A stretch of DNA of 63,341 nucleotides, the filler included, from Octopus bimaculoides (taxonomy: Eukaryota): NCBI RefSeq assembly GCF_001194135.2. It is 5 parts of 5 records of this genome, joined end to end, with 100 filler letters (N's around TTAATTAATTAA, not from the genome) between each part and the next. Parts side by side here need not be neighbours in the genome. Positions count along the whole stretch, not along the records: positions 1 to 31,962 come from NC_068988.1; 4 more parts are not named here. The stretch is one strand, 5' to 3'. A program made the position numbers and the translations under genes. The notes below the pieces were generated by a model. That model did not search any database. It saw only the letters and a program-made list of their open reading frames with translations, and was not told the origin of the DNA. Positions 1-12,899 of this stretch are shown here, piece by piece. Numbering within the stretch: position 1 is the first letter of the stretch; each line of letters starts with the position of its first letter.

Positions 1-1
1 C

Positions 2-2125
2 CAGGATGACATGCTCGTCAGTGGGAAAGATGCAAACAGTCACCTAAACAACCTAAAGTGTCTGGTCACACGTCTAAGCGACAATGGACTCAGATGTCGC
101 CGTGAAAAGTGCCAGTTTGCACTACCCAGTGTAGAATACCTTGGACACATTTTGTCGGCTGAAGGGATCACGAAGGGATCCAAGGTCGAAGCAGTCTTAA
201 AGATGCCGCCTCCAACGAACGAATCAAGCTTGAAATCTTTCCTAGGTTCAGTTCAGTTTTATGGAAAGTTTATCCCAAACCTAGCCAGTATAGCAGAGCT
301 ACTCTATTTCCTTACGAAAAAGTCAACTATATGGAAGTGGGAAGATGAGGAACAGTCAGTTTTTGATCACTTGAAAGATGTACTTTCATCGAGTCAAGTT
401 CTGATACACTTCGATCCAAACAAAACTTTGGGACTGGCTTGCGACGCATCAAACGTTGGTATTGGAGCAGTCCTGTTTCACCGCTATCCTCATGGAAGCG
501 AGCGCCCAATAGCCAATATGTCTAAGACTCTTACTTTTGCACAGCGTAACTACAGCCAAATTCAACAGGAAACCCTGGCTATCATATTTGGCTTGCAGAA
601 GTTTTACCAGTATTTGTACGGTCATAAATTCGTACTCTTGACTGACCACAATTCACTGACATCACTATTCAGTCCGAGGAAAGGGACGCCACTTCTCGCT
701 GCTAACAGACTAGCACGATGGACCCTGTGGCTGAACCAGTTTGACTACACCATTGAATATCGGAAATCAGCAGATCATGGCAATGCTGATGCCCTCAGTC
801 GCTTGCCATTCGGTGATGACAACGACTTTGACAGAAAGGAAAATGGTGAAGACATAGACATGGTGTGTGCCATCAAAGCTCTTACTACTCAAGTCCAACC
901 TGTGGATGCTAACGTCCTCCGTCAAGAGTCAGGGAAAGATCCAGTGATATCTACAGTGATGCGCTACGTCCGTGAAGGCTGGCCACCAAAGAACATGGAG
1001 ATCAATGACGAAGTCAACAAGTNNNNNNNNNNNNNNNNNNNNNNNNNNNNNNNNNNNNNNNNNNNNNNNNNNNNNNNNNNNNNNNNNNNNNNNNNNNNNN
1101 NNNNNNNNNNNNNNNNNNNNNNNNNNNNNNNNNNNNNNNNNNNNNNNNNNNNNNNNNNNNNNNNNNNNNNNNNNNNNNNNNNNNNNNNNNNNNNNNNNNN
1201 NNNNNNNNNNNNNNNNNNNNNNNNNNNNNNNNNNNNNNNNNNNNNNNNNNNNNNNNNNNNNNNNNNNNNNNNNNNNNNNNNNNNNNNNNNNNNNNNNNNN
1301 NNNNNNNNNNNNNNNNNNNNNNNNNNNNNNNNNNNNNNNNNNNNNNNNNNNNNNNNNNNNNNNNNNNNNNNNNNNNNNNNNNNNNNNNNNNNNNNNNNNN
1401 NNNNNNNNNNNNNNNNNNNNNNNNNNNNNNNNNNNNNNNNNNNNNNNNNNNNNNNNNNNNNNNNNNNNNNNNNNNNNNNNNNNGTGCAGACTTTCAAACA
1501 AGCTCTGAGGAAGTCTTCTCTTCCGCCGACACGAGCACTTCAAGAATTCTTGATGCAGTACCGGAGAACACCGACATCCTGTGGATTCTCTCCAAGTGAA
1601 CTTTTGAATCACCGGCAGATACGAACAAGGATTGATTCTCTGCTGCCATCGCCAGCACACATTACTCAAGGCAAACAGTCAAAGGAAGCACATAAGTCTC
1701 AGGTGACTCCTGGCTCGGCTGATGTCGCTAAAGTTATCAGGCAGTACAAGGCCGGAGATCCTGTGTATGCACTATACTATGGACCTCGCCGAGACAAAGA
1801 TCCCCAATGGGTACCAGCAATCATTAAGAAGTCATTGGGTACTCGCTGCTTTAACGTCAAGGTCATACTTCATGGCCCGATGTGGAGACGACACTGGGAA
1901 CAGCTGCGACCGCGGTACACAACTGAGGAAGACAATGAACCCGGTGATGCAGAAGACACTGTATTTCAATTTGCAACAGATCACCCAATGGAGATCTCAG
2001 AAAATGTGCCACTAACTCAAAGACAAACCAGACCCAAGACCATGTTACCCGTTCCAGAGTATGGACCAGACAACCCAAGACGGTCGAAGAGAACCCGTAA
2101 AACCCAAGAGAGACTTTGCTGTTGA
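2..2125 (+). mobile_element. Ty3/Gypsy LTR retrotransposon pol, 3' part (RT C-half, RNase H, integrase; K02A2.6/Mag-like)
   Basis: Begins in the RT motif (Q)DDML. RNase H motifs LACDASNVGIGAVL, YSQIQQETLAIIFG and VLLTDHNSL follow. Integrase C-terminal motifs VQTFKQAL, FLMQYRRTP...SPSELL and WRRHWEQLRPR lie after the gap. No stops in the sequenced parts (2-1022, 1484-2125); the integrase core falls in gap 1023-1483. Confidence 0.93.
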
Positions 2126-2149
2126 TACTTCTTGTGTAGCATCAATTTC

Positions 2150-2419
2150 AGTGGGGAGGTGTTATATGGACTGTTAGATTGTTATTCGTCTGACGTCTCA
2201 TGTTTCAGTGTGGTTCGTCTGAGTTCCTTGTTTTCATTGTTGTTTTGAATGACTGTGGTAGTAAAATGTCATTGATATATATGGCGGACATGACATTTGT
2301 TTATTTACAACGAACATTGGGTGAGTGCGTTCTTTGTATGTAATTGAATAATAAATGTAATAATTAAATTGTACAACTCATTGTCCGTTCTCTGCGAGTC
2401 TCCCGAGAGGAATACAACA
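2150..2419 (+). mobile_element. Polypurine tract plus 3' LTR (2160-2419) of the Gypsy element
   Basis: AGTGGGGAGG (2150-2159) directly precedes TGTTATATGG; the LTR ends AATACAACA, giving TG...CA ends with imperfect terminal inverted repeats. Boundaries are confirmed by the second copy at 32067-32331. Confidence 0.88.
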
Positions 2420-5400
2420 GGATGGCTACAACTTTGAGCTACGCTATGCTGATACAATGACGGGTGCTGAATTAATAAAGGCTGTTTCATGCAAGGAATT
2501 CTATGCCTTCCGTCTTATAGTCAGAGAAAGTCAGTTCAACCAACTGCTGCGGTACAAGGAAGTCACAAATCAATTCTTGGTTGACATGTTTGCCAAGATT
2601 GAAAGTGAAAGACTTCTTTATATTCGTCAGAATCAAAAGAAATGGCGTGTGGATCGATATCTTAACCTTAAGGATCATGTCTAGCTGTATGGTAATGTAA
2701 GAAACATTGGCCTTCCGGTCATACTTCCTTCCAGCCATACAGGGTTTCCATGGTACATGCATCAGCGCATACAGGATACCGTGGCATATGTCCGTAAATT
2801 TGGCGGACCTGACCTCTTCATCACCTTTACGTGCAACTCAACTTGGCGAGAAATAAAGGAAAACTCATTCGAGGGCCAGGCTGTATGCGACAGGCACGAC
2901 TTAGTGGCCAGAGTTTTCCACGGAAAATTACAGAAATTCATGTGGCTATTGAAACATGGCAATGTCTACGGAAAACTTAACGCGTGGATGTACACTGTAG
3001 AATGGCAAAAGCGGGATCTTCCACACGCCCATATACTGATTTGGTGCCAAGAAAGAATCAAACCTGCGGACATCGATCAGATTATATGTGCAGAGCTGCA
3101 TGACCCTAATGTCGACTTGCAGCTATTCAAAATCGTATCGCCCGTATGATACACGGGCCCGTGGTACCTTGAATCCTAATTCTCTATGTATGGAAAACAA
3201 TAGATGTTCAAAGCTCTATCCCAGGGCTTTCAACTCGGCTACATGTACTGGTATTGACGGCTACCCAATTTACCGACGACATGCCCCTGATTTTGGAGGA
3301 ATTGCGTCGAAAAAAGGATAAAGGGCAAAGACATTGACATCAACAACAGTATGGTTGTTCCATACAGCCCTTTCTTCATCCAAACTTTCAACACCCACAT
3401 CAACGTTGAATCTTGCACCTCGATTAAAGGCATCAAGCACATATGCAAATATGTAAACAAGGGTGGCAACATGGCTGTTTTGGGTGTGCAAGATGAAGAG
3501 ACGGCCAGCGATGAAATCCTTCTATACCTCATGGGCAGGTATATTTCGTCCAATATGGCGGCATTCTAGGTTTTGATATTCACCAGTCCTCTCCAGCTGT
3601 ATTTGGCCTATATGTACACTTAGAAAATGGGCAACGTGTTTACTTCACTGAGAACACCGCCACAAATGTACTCAAACAGCCACCAGAAACAACACTTACA
3701 CGCTTTTTTAAGTTGTGTACTTCTGATTCCTTTGCGCAAACTCTACTTTACGCTGATGTACCGTCCTACTTCACTTGGACTAACGAAAAATGGCAAAGGC
3801 GGCGGCAGGGAATGCGAATCGACAATGAGGTCGGTGAGGCAATCTACAAAGGAAATATGATCGGTCGTGTCCACACTGTACACCCAAAGGATCAGGAGTG
3901 CTTTTTTTGCGGATGCTTCTGTTTGATGTGAAAAGCCCAAAATCATTTGCCGATGTCAGATCATTCGAAGAACAAATGTGTTGCACTTACAGGGAAGCTT
4001 NNNNNNNNNNNNNNNNNNNNNNNNNNNNNNNNNNNNNNNNNNNNNNNNNNNNNNNNNNNNNNNNNNNNNNNNNNNNNNNNNNNNNNNNNNNNNNNNNNNN
4101 NNNNNNNNNNNNNNNNNNNNNNNNNNNNNNNNNNNNNNNNNNNNNNNNNNNNNNNNNNNNNNNNNNNNNNNNNNNNNNNNNNNNNNNNNNNNNNNNNNNN
4201 NNNNNNNNNNNNNNNNNNNNNNNNNNNNNNNNNNNNNNNNNNNNNNNNNNNNNNNNNNNNNNNNNNNNNNNNNNNNNNNNNNNNNNNNNNNNNNNNNNNN
4301 NNNNNNNNNNNNNNNNNNNNNGCTATGGGAGGTGTTAGTGTTTCAGATTTCGGTTTGCCGATTCCGCGGGACATTCCAAATGCTTTAACTGCTGAGTACA
4401 TGCGAGAGTTGAGCTACAACACGCAAGAAATGGCGGCAAAGGTTGCTCATGATGAGCCTAGACTTGTGGAAGAACAGAGAATTGCATACAACAGGATCCT
4501 CTCCAGTGTTAATTCCAACGAAGGACGACTTTTTTCTTGGATACTCCCGGCGAAACCGGAAAAACTTTTCTCATGAACCTCCTGCTCGCCAAAATTCGCC
4601 AGGAAAATCGGATTGCCATAACGGTTGCATCCAGTGGCATTGCCGCAACTCTACTGTATGGCGGTCGTACTGCACACTCAGTCTTCAAATTACCACTAGA
4701 CTTGACCAAACAGGAAAATCCAACTTGCAATGTTAGTCGTGGCTCAGCCATGGGAAATCTTCTCAATGAGTGCAGCCTTATCATTTGAGATAAGGCAACC
4801 ATGAGTCATAAGGCGGCTTTTGAGGCGCTCGATTGGTCTCTTCAGGACCTGAGACGCAATATGAGAGTGATGGGTGGAGTGACTGTTCTGCTTTCTGGTG
4901 ACTTCCGACAAACTCTACCTGTCATTCCACGGGGNNNNNNNNNNCAATATGAGAGTGATGGGTGGAGTGACTGTTCTGCTTTCTGGTGACTTCCGACAAA
5001 CTCTACCTGTCATTCCACGGGGGACAAGAGCTGACGAGGTAAATGCTTCCATAAAATCATCCAATTTATCGCAGCACATGGAGAAACTTCACCTTACTAT
5101 GAACATGAGAGTTCACGTGCATGGCGACGAGAACGCGGCCACATTATCAGCGCAGCTTCTCGATGCTGGTAATGGAACTGTAGCTGGCGATGCTGATGGT
5201 TTCATCCATTTACCATTTGGTAACTTTGTGCCTACCGTCGATGATTTGATTTCTTCCGTTTTTCCTGGGATTGCAAACCAAACCCTTGAGCAATTTTGGC
5301 GCCTCACAATAAAACAGTCGACGCTATCAATAATAAACTTCTCGATCTGCTTCCTGAAGAAAAACTCTCCTTCAAGTCCATTGACACGCTTGAAAACCCG

Positions 5401-6423
5401 GATGATACGACCGTTTTCACAACAGAATTCCTAAATTCCCAAACGCCTGCAGGACTTCCGCCTCACGAACTTCATCTTAAGGTTGGCGCGCCCATCATGC
5501 TGCTGCGGAATTTTGATGCTCCAATAATGTGTAACGGCACATGCATGATAATTAAAAAATTATACTCTCGAGTTCTACAGGCAACCATCTTGAATGGATC
5601 GGCCGCTGGTCAAGAGGTTCTCATAACTCCAATGTCCCTCACTTCCTCCGATACAATCTACAAGTTTAAGCGGCTTCAATTTCCTATTAAACTCTCCTTT
5701 GCAATGACGATAAATAAGGCACAGGGTCAATCATTGCAAATGGTTGGTTTAAATCTTACAGAGCAAGTGTTCTCCCACGGTCAAATTTATGTTGGATGCT
5801 CCCGTGTTGGCAGGCCACAAAGTATATATATTTGTGCATCAGAAGGGAAAACGAGAAACGTTGCCTACAAAGAAGCGCTCCAATGAAAAAATGGCATTTC
5901 TTCACATCTTCCAAATCACCCCTGTCATCTGTCGCCTCAAAAGTTTCGTACTTGCCGTGCCAGCCAACGTAAGTCAATGACACACAAATTCACTCACTCA
6001 CTCTATCTCTCTTTCTTACCCTCTTTCTCTCTCACATACACCCCCCTACACACACACACGCACGTCCATTTCATATACCTTTCAATCTCATCTCTCTGCA
6101 AATAAAACTTTTACGGATAAAACTGCTTACAAAAGTTGTGATTAATGTATTTCTTTCTATGTTCATAATTAAATGAATCTTTTAATGATTAGACAGATCT
6201 CCAATAGAATAGCTCTCACAGACTACGTACAAATTCTTTCTTCACAACTCCTGAAACCATTTTCTGACAGGAGGGGGTGAAATCTTCATACAGCTGGAGG
6301 CTCGAATCGAAACGGGACACGAAATGATCAGGTTGAGAAACGCTGTTATAGATTATGCCTAACCGAAAACAATCACAGCCACATCATCCAAACAGACCTG
6401 GTGAAACCGGGTTTAGCTGCTAG
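2420..6423 (+). mobile_element. Helitron, decayed Rep/PIF1-helicase ORF plus intact 3' terminus
   Basis: Rep motifs PDLFITFTCN, HUH VEWQKRDLPHAHILIW and ICKYVNKG. Helicase motifs GETGKTFL, SGDFRQTLPVI, AMTINKAQGQSL and FSHGQIYVGCSRV, broken by stops and frameshifts (coding ends 5886). 3' hairpin ACCTGGT-GAA-ACCGGGT (6396-6412), then CTAG (6420-6423) followed by T. Confidence 0.93.
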
Positions 6424-6952
6424 TATCCAATAAACAGCATAACTGACATTTTGGACATTATTCAAATATTATCTAATGCTCAAAACACCCTATTTTAGTG
6501 ATTAAATATACAAATATCTTTTTATTATAACATGTAATCCACAAATGAAAGTCTTATGTCTATGTTAGATACCAATATATTGACATACAAATTTTTACCA
6601 ATGTCATTATCCTTAATAAAAGCTTAATATATCATTAGTAAGATGTGAATTTTTGTACATAATCACCAAAACTACATTTTTTACTTTACTATATGTTATT
6701 GATTTCGCTATAGTGTTACAGATGATGGAGAGAAGATATCACAGAAAGAAAAACATTATGAATTTGATCATTTTGCAATATATGCCCTTTCTTTATATGT
6801 CATTGACTGATGTGTCATTTCATTGGAGTATTCAGCCTCATTAAACACTTTGATGAGGTGCTTGGCTAAACTAATCATTTGAAACTCATATTTATAAAAA
6901 GATCTATTGAGATATAATAAACTCTTGCTATTTCTTGTTGTGTAAATAAATA

Positions 6953-7101
6953 AGCTGTGTGGTTAAGAAGCTTGCTTTCCAGCCATAGGGTTTCAGGTTT
7001 AATCCCACTGTGTGACACCTTGGGTGAGTAACTTCTACAATAGCCCTAGGCTGACCAATACCTTGTGAACGAATTCGTTAGGTGGAAACTGTGTGGAAGT
7101 T

Positions 7102-7108
<7 letters not shown>
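6953..7108 (+). mobile_element. tRNA-derived SINE, family A
   Basis: AAGAAGCTTGCTTTCC...GGTTTAATCCCACTG...CACCTTGGG...GGAAACTG, ending in a (TA)n tail. Homologous copies at 18920-19040 and 23293-23450. Confidence 0.6.
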
Positions 7109-7146
<38 letters not shown>

Positions 7147-7549
7147 NNNNNNNNNNNNNNNNNNNNNNNNNNNNNNNNNNNNNNNNNNNNNNNNNNNNNN
7201 NNNNNNNNNNNNNNNNNNNNNNNNNNNNNNNNNNNNNNNNNNNNNNNNNNNNNNNNNNNNNNNNNNNNNNNNNNNNNNNNNNNNNNNNNNNNNNNNNNNN
7301 NNNNNNNNNNNNNNNNNNNNNNNNNNNNNNNNNNNNNNNNNNNNNNNNNNNNNNNNNNNNNNNNNNNNNNNNNNNNNNNNNNNNNNNNNNNNNNNNNNNN
7401 NNNNNNNNNNNNNNNNNNNNNNNNNNNNNNNNNNNNNNNNNNNNNNNNNNNNNNNNNNNNNNNNNNNNNNNNNNNNNNNNNNNNNNNNNNNNNNNTACAG
7501 ATACATATATATGTGTGTCTTTCTTTGTGTTTGTGTTTTCCTCCTCCCC

Positions 7550-7725
7550 ACCACTTGACAACCAGTGTTGGTTTGTTTATATTTCTATATTACTGCAATT
7601 TAACTGTATGACAATAGAAACTGATAGATTAAGTACCAGACTTGAAAGTGAGGTCAATTTGTTCAACTAGACCTTTCAAGGCAGTGCTTCAGCATGGCCA
7701 TAGTCTAATGACTGCAATAAGTAAT
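7550..7725 (+). mobile_element. SINE-like repeat fragment, family C
   Basis: AAGTACC...GTCAATTTGTTCAACTA...TTCAAGGCAGTGCTTCAGCATGGCC; similar fragments at 20385-20465 and 49990-50065. Confidence 0.45.
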
Positions 7726-7814
7726 ATATATACTATTCACAAAAAACAAAACAAAAGACAATGACAGGTGGTGTAGACAACAAGCATGTCAGCATGGAAC
7801 ATGGATGTTAAATA

Positions 7815-7861
<47 letters not shown>

Positions 7862-8224
7862 GATGATGTCTGTATGTATGTATGTATGTGTATGTATATA
7901 TGTATGTATGTGTTTGTGTGTGTGTGTGTGTATGAATGAGAAGGTACATAACCTTGTGGTTAGGGTGTTGCACTAATGATTGTGAGATCATGCTATCAGT
8001 TCTTGGACTGGCTGGTGCATTGCGTCCTTGATCTCAACACTTCATTTCACATTGCTCTGTGATCACTTTAGCACCTGATGCATGGTACACCATGCACCTG
8101 TTCGGACAACGTCGATTTGATGGAAGGAGTGTGCTAATGTGCAGCATATACATTTGATCACTGTAAACAAATCATTTGTGCAGATCATTCAGCAAAAAAT
8201 TTCAGAATCATCTTTCTTGGACTA

Positions 8225-8298
8225 TGCGAGACTATCCCCATTACTATCTATCTATCTATTTATCAATCAATCAATCAATCTATCTATCTATCTATCTA

Positions 8299-8329
<31 letters not shown>

Positions 8330-8331
8330 GC

Positions 8332-8399
<68 letters not shown>

Positions 8400-8465
8400 G
8401 CATGTATGTATGCATGCATGTATGCATGTATGTATGTATGTATGTATGTATGTATGTATGTATGA
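8225..8465. repeat. Compound tetranucleotide microsatellite (TATC/TCAA/TGTC/TATG)
   Basis: Directly visible; produces spurious IYLS/MYVC ORFs. Confidence 0.95.
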
Positions 8466-9148
8466 ATGATAGAAATTTACATTCAGTATATATAAGTTAT
8501 ACTTTTACACAAGGTTTCACTTTTTTTTCTGTACTGATTATTAAAACAGAAAACAAAAACAGCACTAAAATATTTCCTAATTGTTTTTTATTCATTTGAA
8601 CTGTGACAGCTGACAGCTAAATATTCACAAAAAAAGACACATTTTCCTATTATTTTATTTTAAAATGAACAATTATGGCTTTAATAGCTTCTGAAATGAT
8701 AAAACTGACTTGATTTCAATAAAACTTCAGCTCCTGTTATTGCCGCTAATTGGTACTATTGTGTAAATACACCTCTATGGAAGACAGCAACAGCAACAGA
8801 AACAATAGAATAGAAATAGGTGAGTGTGTGTGAGAGAGAGACTTTAAACCTTAAAATAACAATCATTGTATATTACTGAATGATAATTGCTCTTTTCAAT
8901 TTACATATGGAAGTTGTGAGCTACATGTCAACTTTAATGGTACTGCTGCCATGGAAAAAGTACCCAGTACTTTACTGGCTTTAGGAAGAACATCTACCTG
9001 CTGAAACTGTGCCAAACAGAGGTACTGGAGTAAGATGTGATCCTCCAAACTGTTGGTTTCTGCCAAACCATCATCTCATGCTAGCATAGGAAGTAGATTT
9101 TAAAATTATGATAATGCATGCACGCAAGCACACACACACATTTTCCCA

Positions 9149-9199
<51 letters not shown>

Positions 9200-9404
9200 T
9201 TTCCCACTCATACATATGAAGCTGTATGTAGAAGATTCTGTTTGTTGTAAATCTTATGGTTTTTAAATGAGTACAATATAGAATATTAGCAACTTTTATC
9301 ACTTAAATGTACAGAACACTGTGAAACACATAAGCAACTGTTAATTTAGTCTTGAAAATGATGTTAGCCAAACATTTCCCATTATTTCATACATAAACTT
9401 GTAA

Positions 9405-9580
9405 CCTAGAATGTCTACATGCCACACCGTCTCTTGTGGCAAGGATGTAAGTTTCGTAATGAAGAACAGCTTTCAGTTCATCCAATGTATGTGTGGTTTA
9501 TTGCCAACCCAAAATGTACCTTCGCTACCTGAAAGGTCAGGTGATCGAACAAGCCACAATATGTCAGTCAACTAGAATAT
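9405..9580 (-). mobile_element. Highly decayed Tc1/mariner transposase C-terminal fragment
   Basis: Minus strand reads ILWLVRSPDLSG...FW (compare WPPRSPDL), then ELKAV and LPQETV after frameshifts. Confidence 0.4.
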
Positions 9581-9611
9581 GATACATTTGCTAAACATTT
9601 CTTGAACAATA

Positions 9612-9750
9612 TTTAGCTCTGAGGTTGACTTTGCCTTTCATCCTTTCGGGGTTGATAAATTAAGTACCATTTGTGTACTGGGGTCGATCTAATCGACTGG
9701 TTCCCTTCCCCAAAATTTCAGGCCTTGTGCCTAGAGTAGAAAAGAATATT
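9612..9750 (+). mobile_element. tRNA-derived SINE, family B (5'-truncated, CpG-decayed)
   Basis: GAGGTTGACTTTGCCTTTCATCCTTTCGGGGTTGATAAATTAAGTACC aligns to the copy at 28571-28778. Confidence 0.65.
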
Positions 9751-11108
9751 TATGAAAGCTCTTGTTTCATGGACCATTAGTCTACCTTGCTGAAAACATA
9801 CATTTTGCATAAATGTCATGTCTGGTTTATTCTGAGAAAAGAAAGTCATGTAACATAAGCACTTAGCAATCAGAATTCCATGCTATTGTATTCTGCTTTC
9901 CTTAGAGAAATATAAGCCTATCACGTCAAACTTTGCCACACTGCAGTAAACTGTTACACATTCTCAGTGAAGGAGACACTTCATAGTCTGCTGCCCAACC
10001 AATAGCAGAAAGTTTCTCATTTTACACGAGGGAGAAAAACCTGCTTGTCATTCATATGAAGAATCATTTTATTGGTCTACATTGTATGTTGTCTGCAAAC
10101 ATTTTCTCTCTTCCTCAAGTTGATAAATTTCGTATTCTATCATAATCCCATAGCAGTGGAAATTTAAACCAAGGTGCAACATCCTTTGCAAACTACAAAC
10201 TGAAATACTTACTGAAGTGCCAACCTTAATGCCAAATGACAAAGACTGTTCCCCCGTTGCCTACTTAATAGTTTCAATATTCCCCCGTGTTCACACAGTT
10301 CATACATATCCTGATGGTTTGTTTTTTATAACAACATTCTATTGTGACCTAGATACTTCTTCAAAACAGCTCCCATTAAAAAGCAAATAAAAATTTTACT
10401 GTATTTCAGTGACCAAGTCACTATTTTTAAACATTTCTCAATCACAAAAGCATGATGTTCACTTCACAGCTTTATGGCTTCTTAAATGGTATCATGTGTG
10501 TTGTTCAATGGCACTGAATATGTGATTTCTCATCCCTATCAGTGAGCTTACAACCATTTTAAAAACCATTCTGGTTCCCTGCCATACACTTGTGTGTGTG
10601 TGCGTGTGTGTGCGTGTGCGTGCATGTGTGTGTGTGTGTGTATGTGGGTGGGTGGATGTACATTAATAGTAATATGATGATTGAAATATAGCTGAAGCCT
10701 GTTCATGCTTGATCAACTTCAGAGTCTCTGCCAGTGTTTTGTTCCAGCTCACCAAATTAAATTATACATACATATACACACATACACAAACATACACACA
10801 TATCTATATACATACATATACATATATGTATGTATGCATGTGTGTGTGCATGTGCATAAGCGTGTGTGTGTGTACGCATGTGTATTGTGCAGATGATAAC
10901 TTCAGTTATGTACAAAGTAGGCAGCTTATACCACTTACAACAAAAACAAAAAACCCACTGTAGAACAAACGAACAAATAAGCCACTAAATACTTGACGAT
11001 GTCAGAAGTATTATTGCTGTATTTAAGTATATCAACACATTATTTATTTTTCTCTCTCTCTCCCTCCCTTCTATCTATCTATCTATCTATACAGATAGAT
11101 ACAAATAG

Positions 11109-11139
<31 letters not shown>

Positions 11140-11172
11140 TGCATGCATTTTTGTGTACATGTATATAATGTA

Positions 11173-12527
11173 TTAGGTCGTCAAGTATGAAATTTATAGA
11201 AAAGAAAAGAAGTTTTCTAATGTTTTATAAATACTAGGAATAATTTTACTCATCAAAGTATGTACCCATATTGTCTATACACTTTTGCCATTTCGGCGGT
11301 AGCTTGTCCAGCCTAGAACTGTAAAAGCCTGGCAATCTAAAGTCAATAAAATCCTCGATGGCATTTTACAGCATTGTCAGAATTAAAATTTCTTCCTATC
11401 AAAAAGTTATCTAAATTCTGGAAGAAGGGGTAGTCGGGGGGNNNNNNNNNNNNNNNNNNNNNNNNNNNNNNAGAATTAAAATTTCTTCCTATCAAAAAGT
11501 TATCTAAATTCTGGAAGAAGGGGTAGTCGGGGGGGGGGGGGCAGGATCAGGTGAGTATGGTGGATGATGGAGAATTTCCAACTGAGTTTGCCCAATGTCA
11601 TTTTTGCAATGTGTGGTCTGGCGTTGTCTTGCAATAAAATAGGAATGTATCTGTGGACTAATCTAGGCTGTTTTTTTGTGAGTTTCTGCAACATTTGGTC
11701 CAGTTTGCTGCAGTATACTTCAGCCATGATTGATGAGCCAGGTTTAAGGAAATCATAATGGATCAGACATCCGCCAGACCACCAAACACACACCATCAAC
11801 TTCTTTTGATGAATTTTGCTTTTCGACTGTCTTTTGGTGGCTCGTCTTTGTCCTGCCATTGTGCTGAACATTTATGGTTGTTGTACTGGATCCATTTCTC
11901 ATCACATGTTACAATTCGATTAAAAAATGATTCATTTTTGTGACAAGGAAGTAGCATAATACAGGCTTCCAAATGTTGCTATTTCTGATTTTCATTGAGT
12001 TCATGTGGAACCCACTTATCCAACTTTTACACTTTACCGACTAGGTAAGTCAATATTGTTTGCTTGCTAACACCAAACAACATTAATAATTCACGGGCAC
12101 TTTGAGATGGATCTGACTTGATGGTGGCTTTCAGTTCGTCATTATCCACCTTTGTTTCTGGTTGACCTTGTTGCTCATTTGTGAGGTTAAACTTACCAGA
12201 ATGAAATTTTGTAAACTGATTTGATACTGTTTGCTGTATAATAACATTAGAATGAAATACTTCCGAGCTGTCTGTGATGCTGTATTTCCAAGAAAGAACT
12301 CATATTTCAAAACTGTATGAATTTCTGACTTATCCATTCCTAAACTAAAATAGCAAAACACGATTTATAAATACTTTATAAAGCACAAAATGAGTTAGAA
12401 TAAAGAAATAGATGTGTCAGCTTTCTAACAAAAAATAAGGAATGTCAATACATAATAATGGTGCAAAATGAGCAGCTGTCAAATTTTACCATATACCTTA
12501 CTACAAACTTCATACTTGATGACCTAA
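11173..12527 (-). mobile_element. mariner DNA transposon, full length, inactivated
   Basis: TIRs TTAGGTCGTCAAGTATGAAATTT (11173) and AAACTTCATACTTGATGACCTAA (ends 12527), flanked by TA at 11171-72 and 12528-29. Transposase pieces MDKSEIHTVLKYEF..., KKLMVCVWWS...HYDFLKPG and ILLQDNARPH, plus a frameshifted YSPDLAP-equivalent. Confidence 0.92.
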
Positions 12528-12625
12528 TATACATATATTTATATATATATAATATAAAAGTTATGAAGTCCATGAAGTACTTAGCTTTACGGCCTCTCTA
12601 GTGAGAAGCAGGCCTTAAGCTAACA

Positions 12626-12707
12626 GGTTTTAGGATCTGATGATATGCTGTAAAGCTAAGCTCTTTATGGACGTGAAACCAAAGGTAATCCCATAAAAAG
12701 ACCTTTT
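12626..12707 (+). ncRNA. Candidate type I hammerhead ribozyme
   Basis: Stem I GGAT(12633-36)/ATCC(12688-91) extended past a CA bulge; core CTGATGA 12637-43; stem II about 11 bp (12645-12674); GAAA 12675-78; stem III CC/GG around an AAA loop; GTA cleavage triplet 12685-87. There is one extra U between A9 and stem II. Confidence 0.55.
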
Positions 12708-12778
12708 CTAACTTTTATATTATATAATGCTCTATAACTTAGAGTGTGTTTCTTTGTCTGATTTATGTTCTGCTAATG

Positions 12779-12836
<58 letters not shown>

Positions 12837-12899
12837 GACTTTTCCGGTCTTCCTGAGCATCAAACTAATACATCTGCTTGTCTGCATATTTGAATCCTA

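Noticed and set aside
11-2125. An intact 704-aa pol ORF
   Set aside because: The frame runs through a 461-N gap of estimated length, so continuity and the integrase core are unobserved.
7046-8599. Long ORFs of IY, TH, VC, poly-M, poly-I or poly-L here and throughout the window
   Set aside because: They are translations of microsatellites and N gaps.
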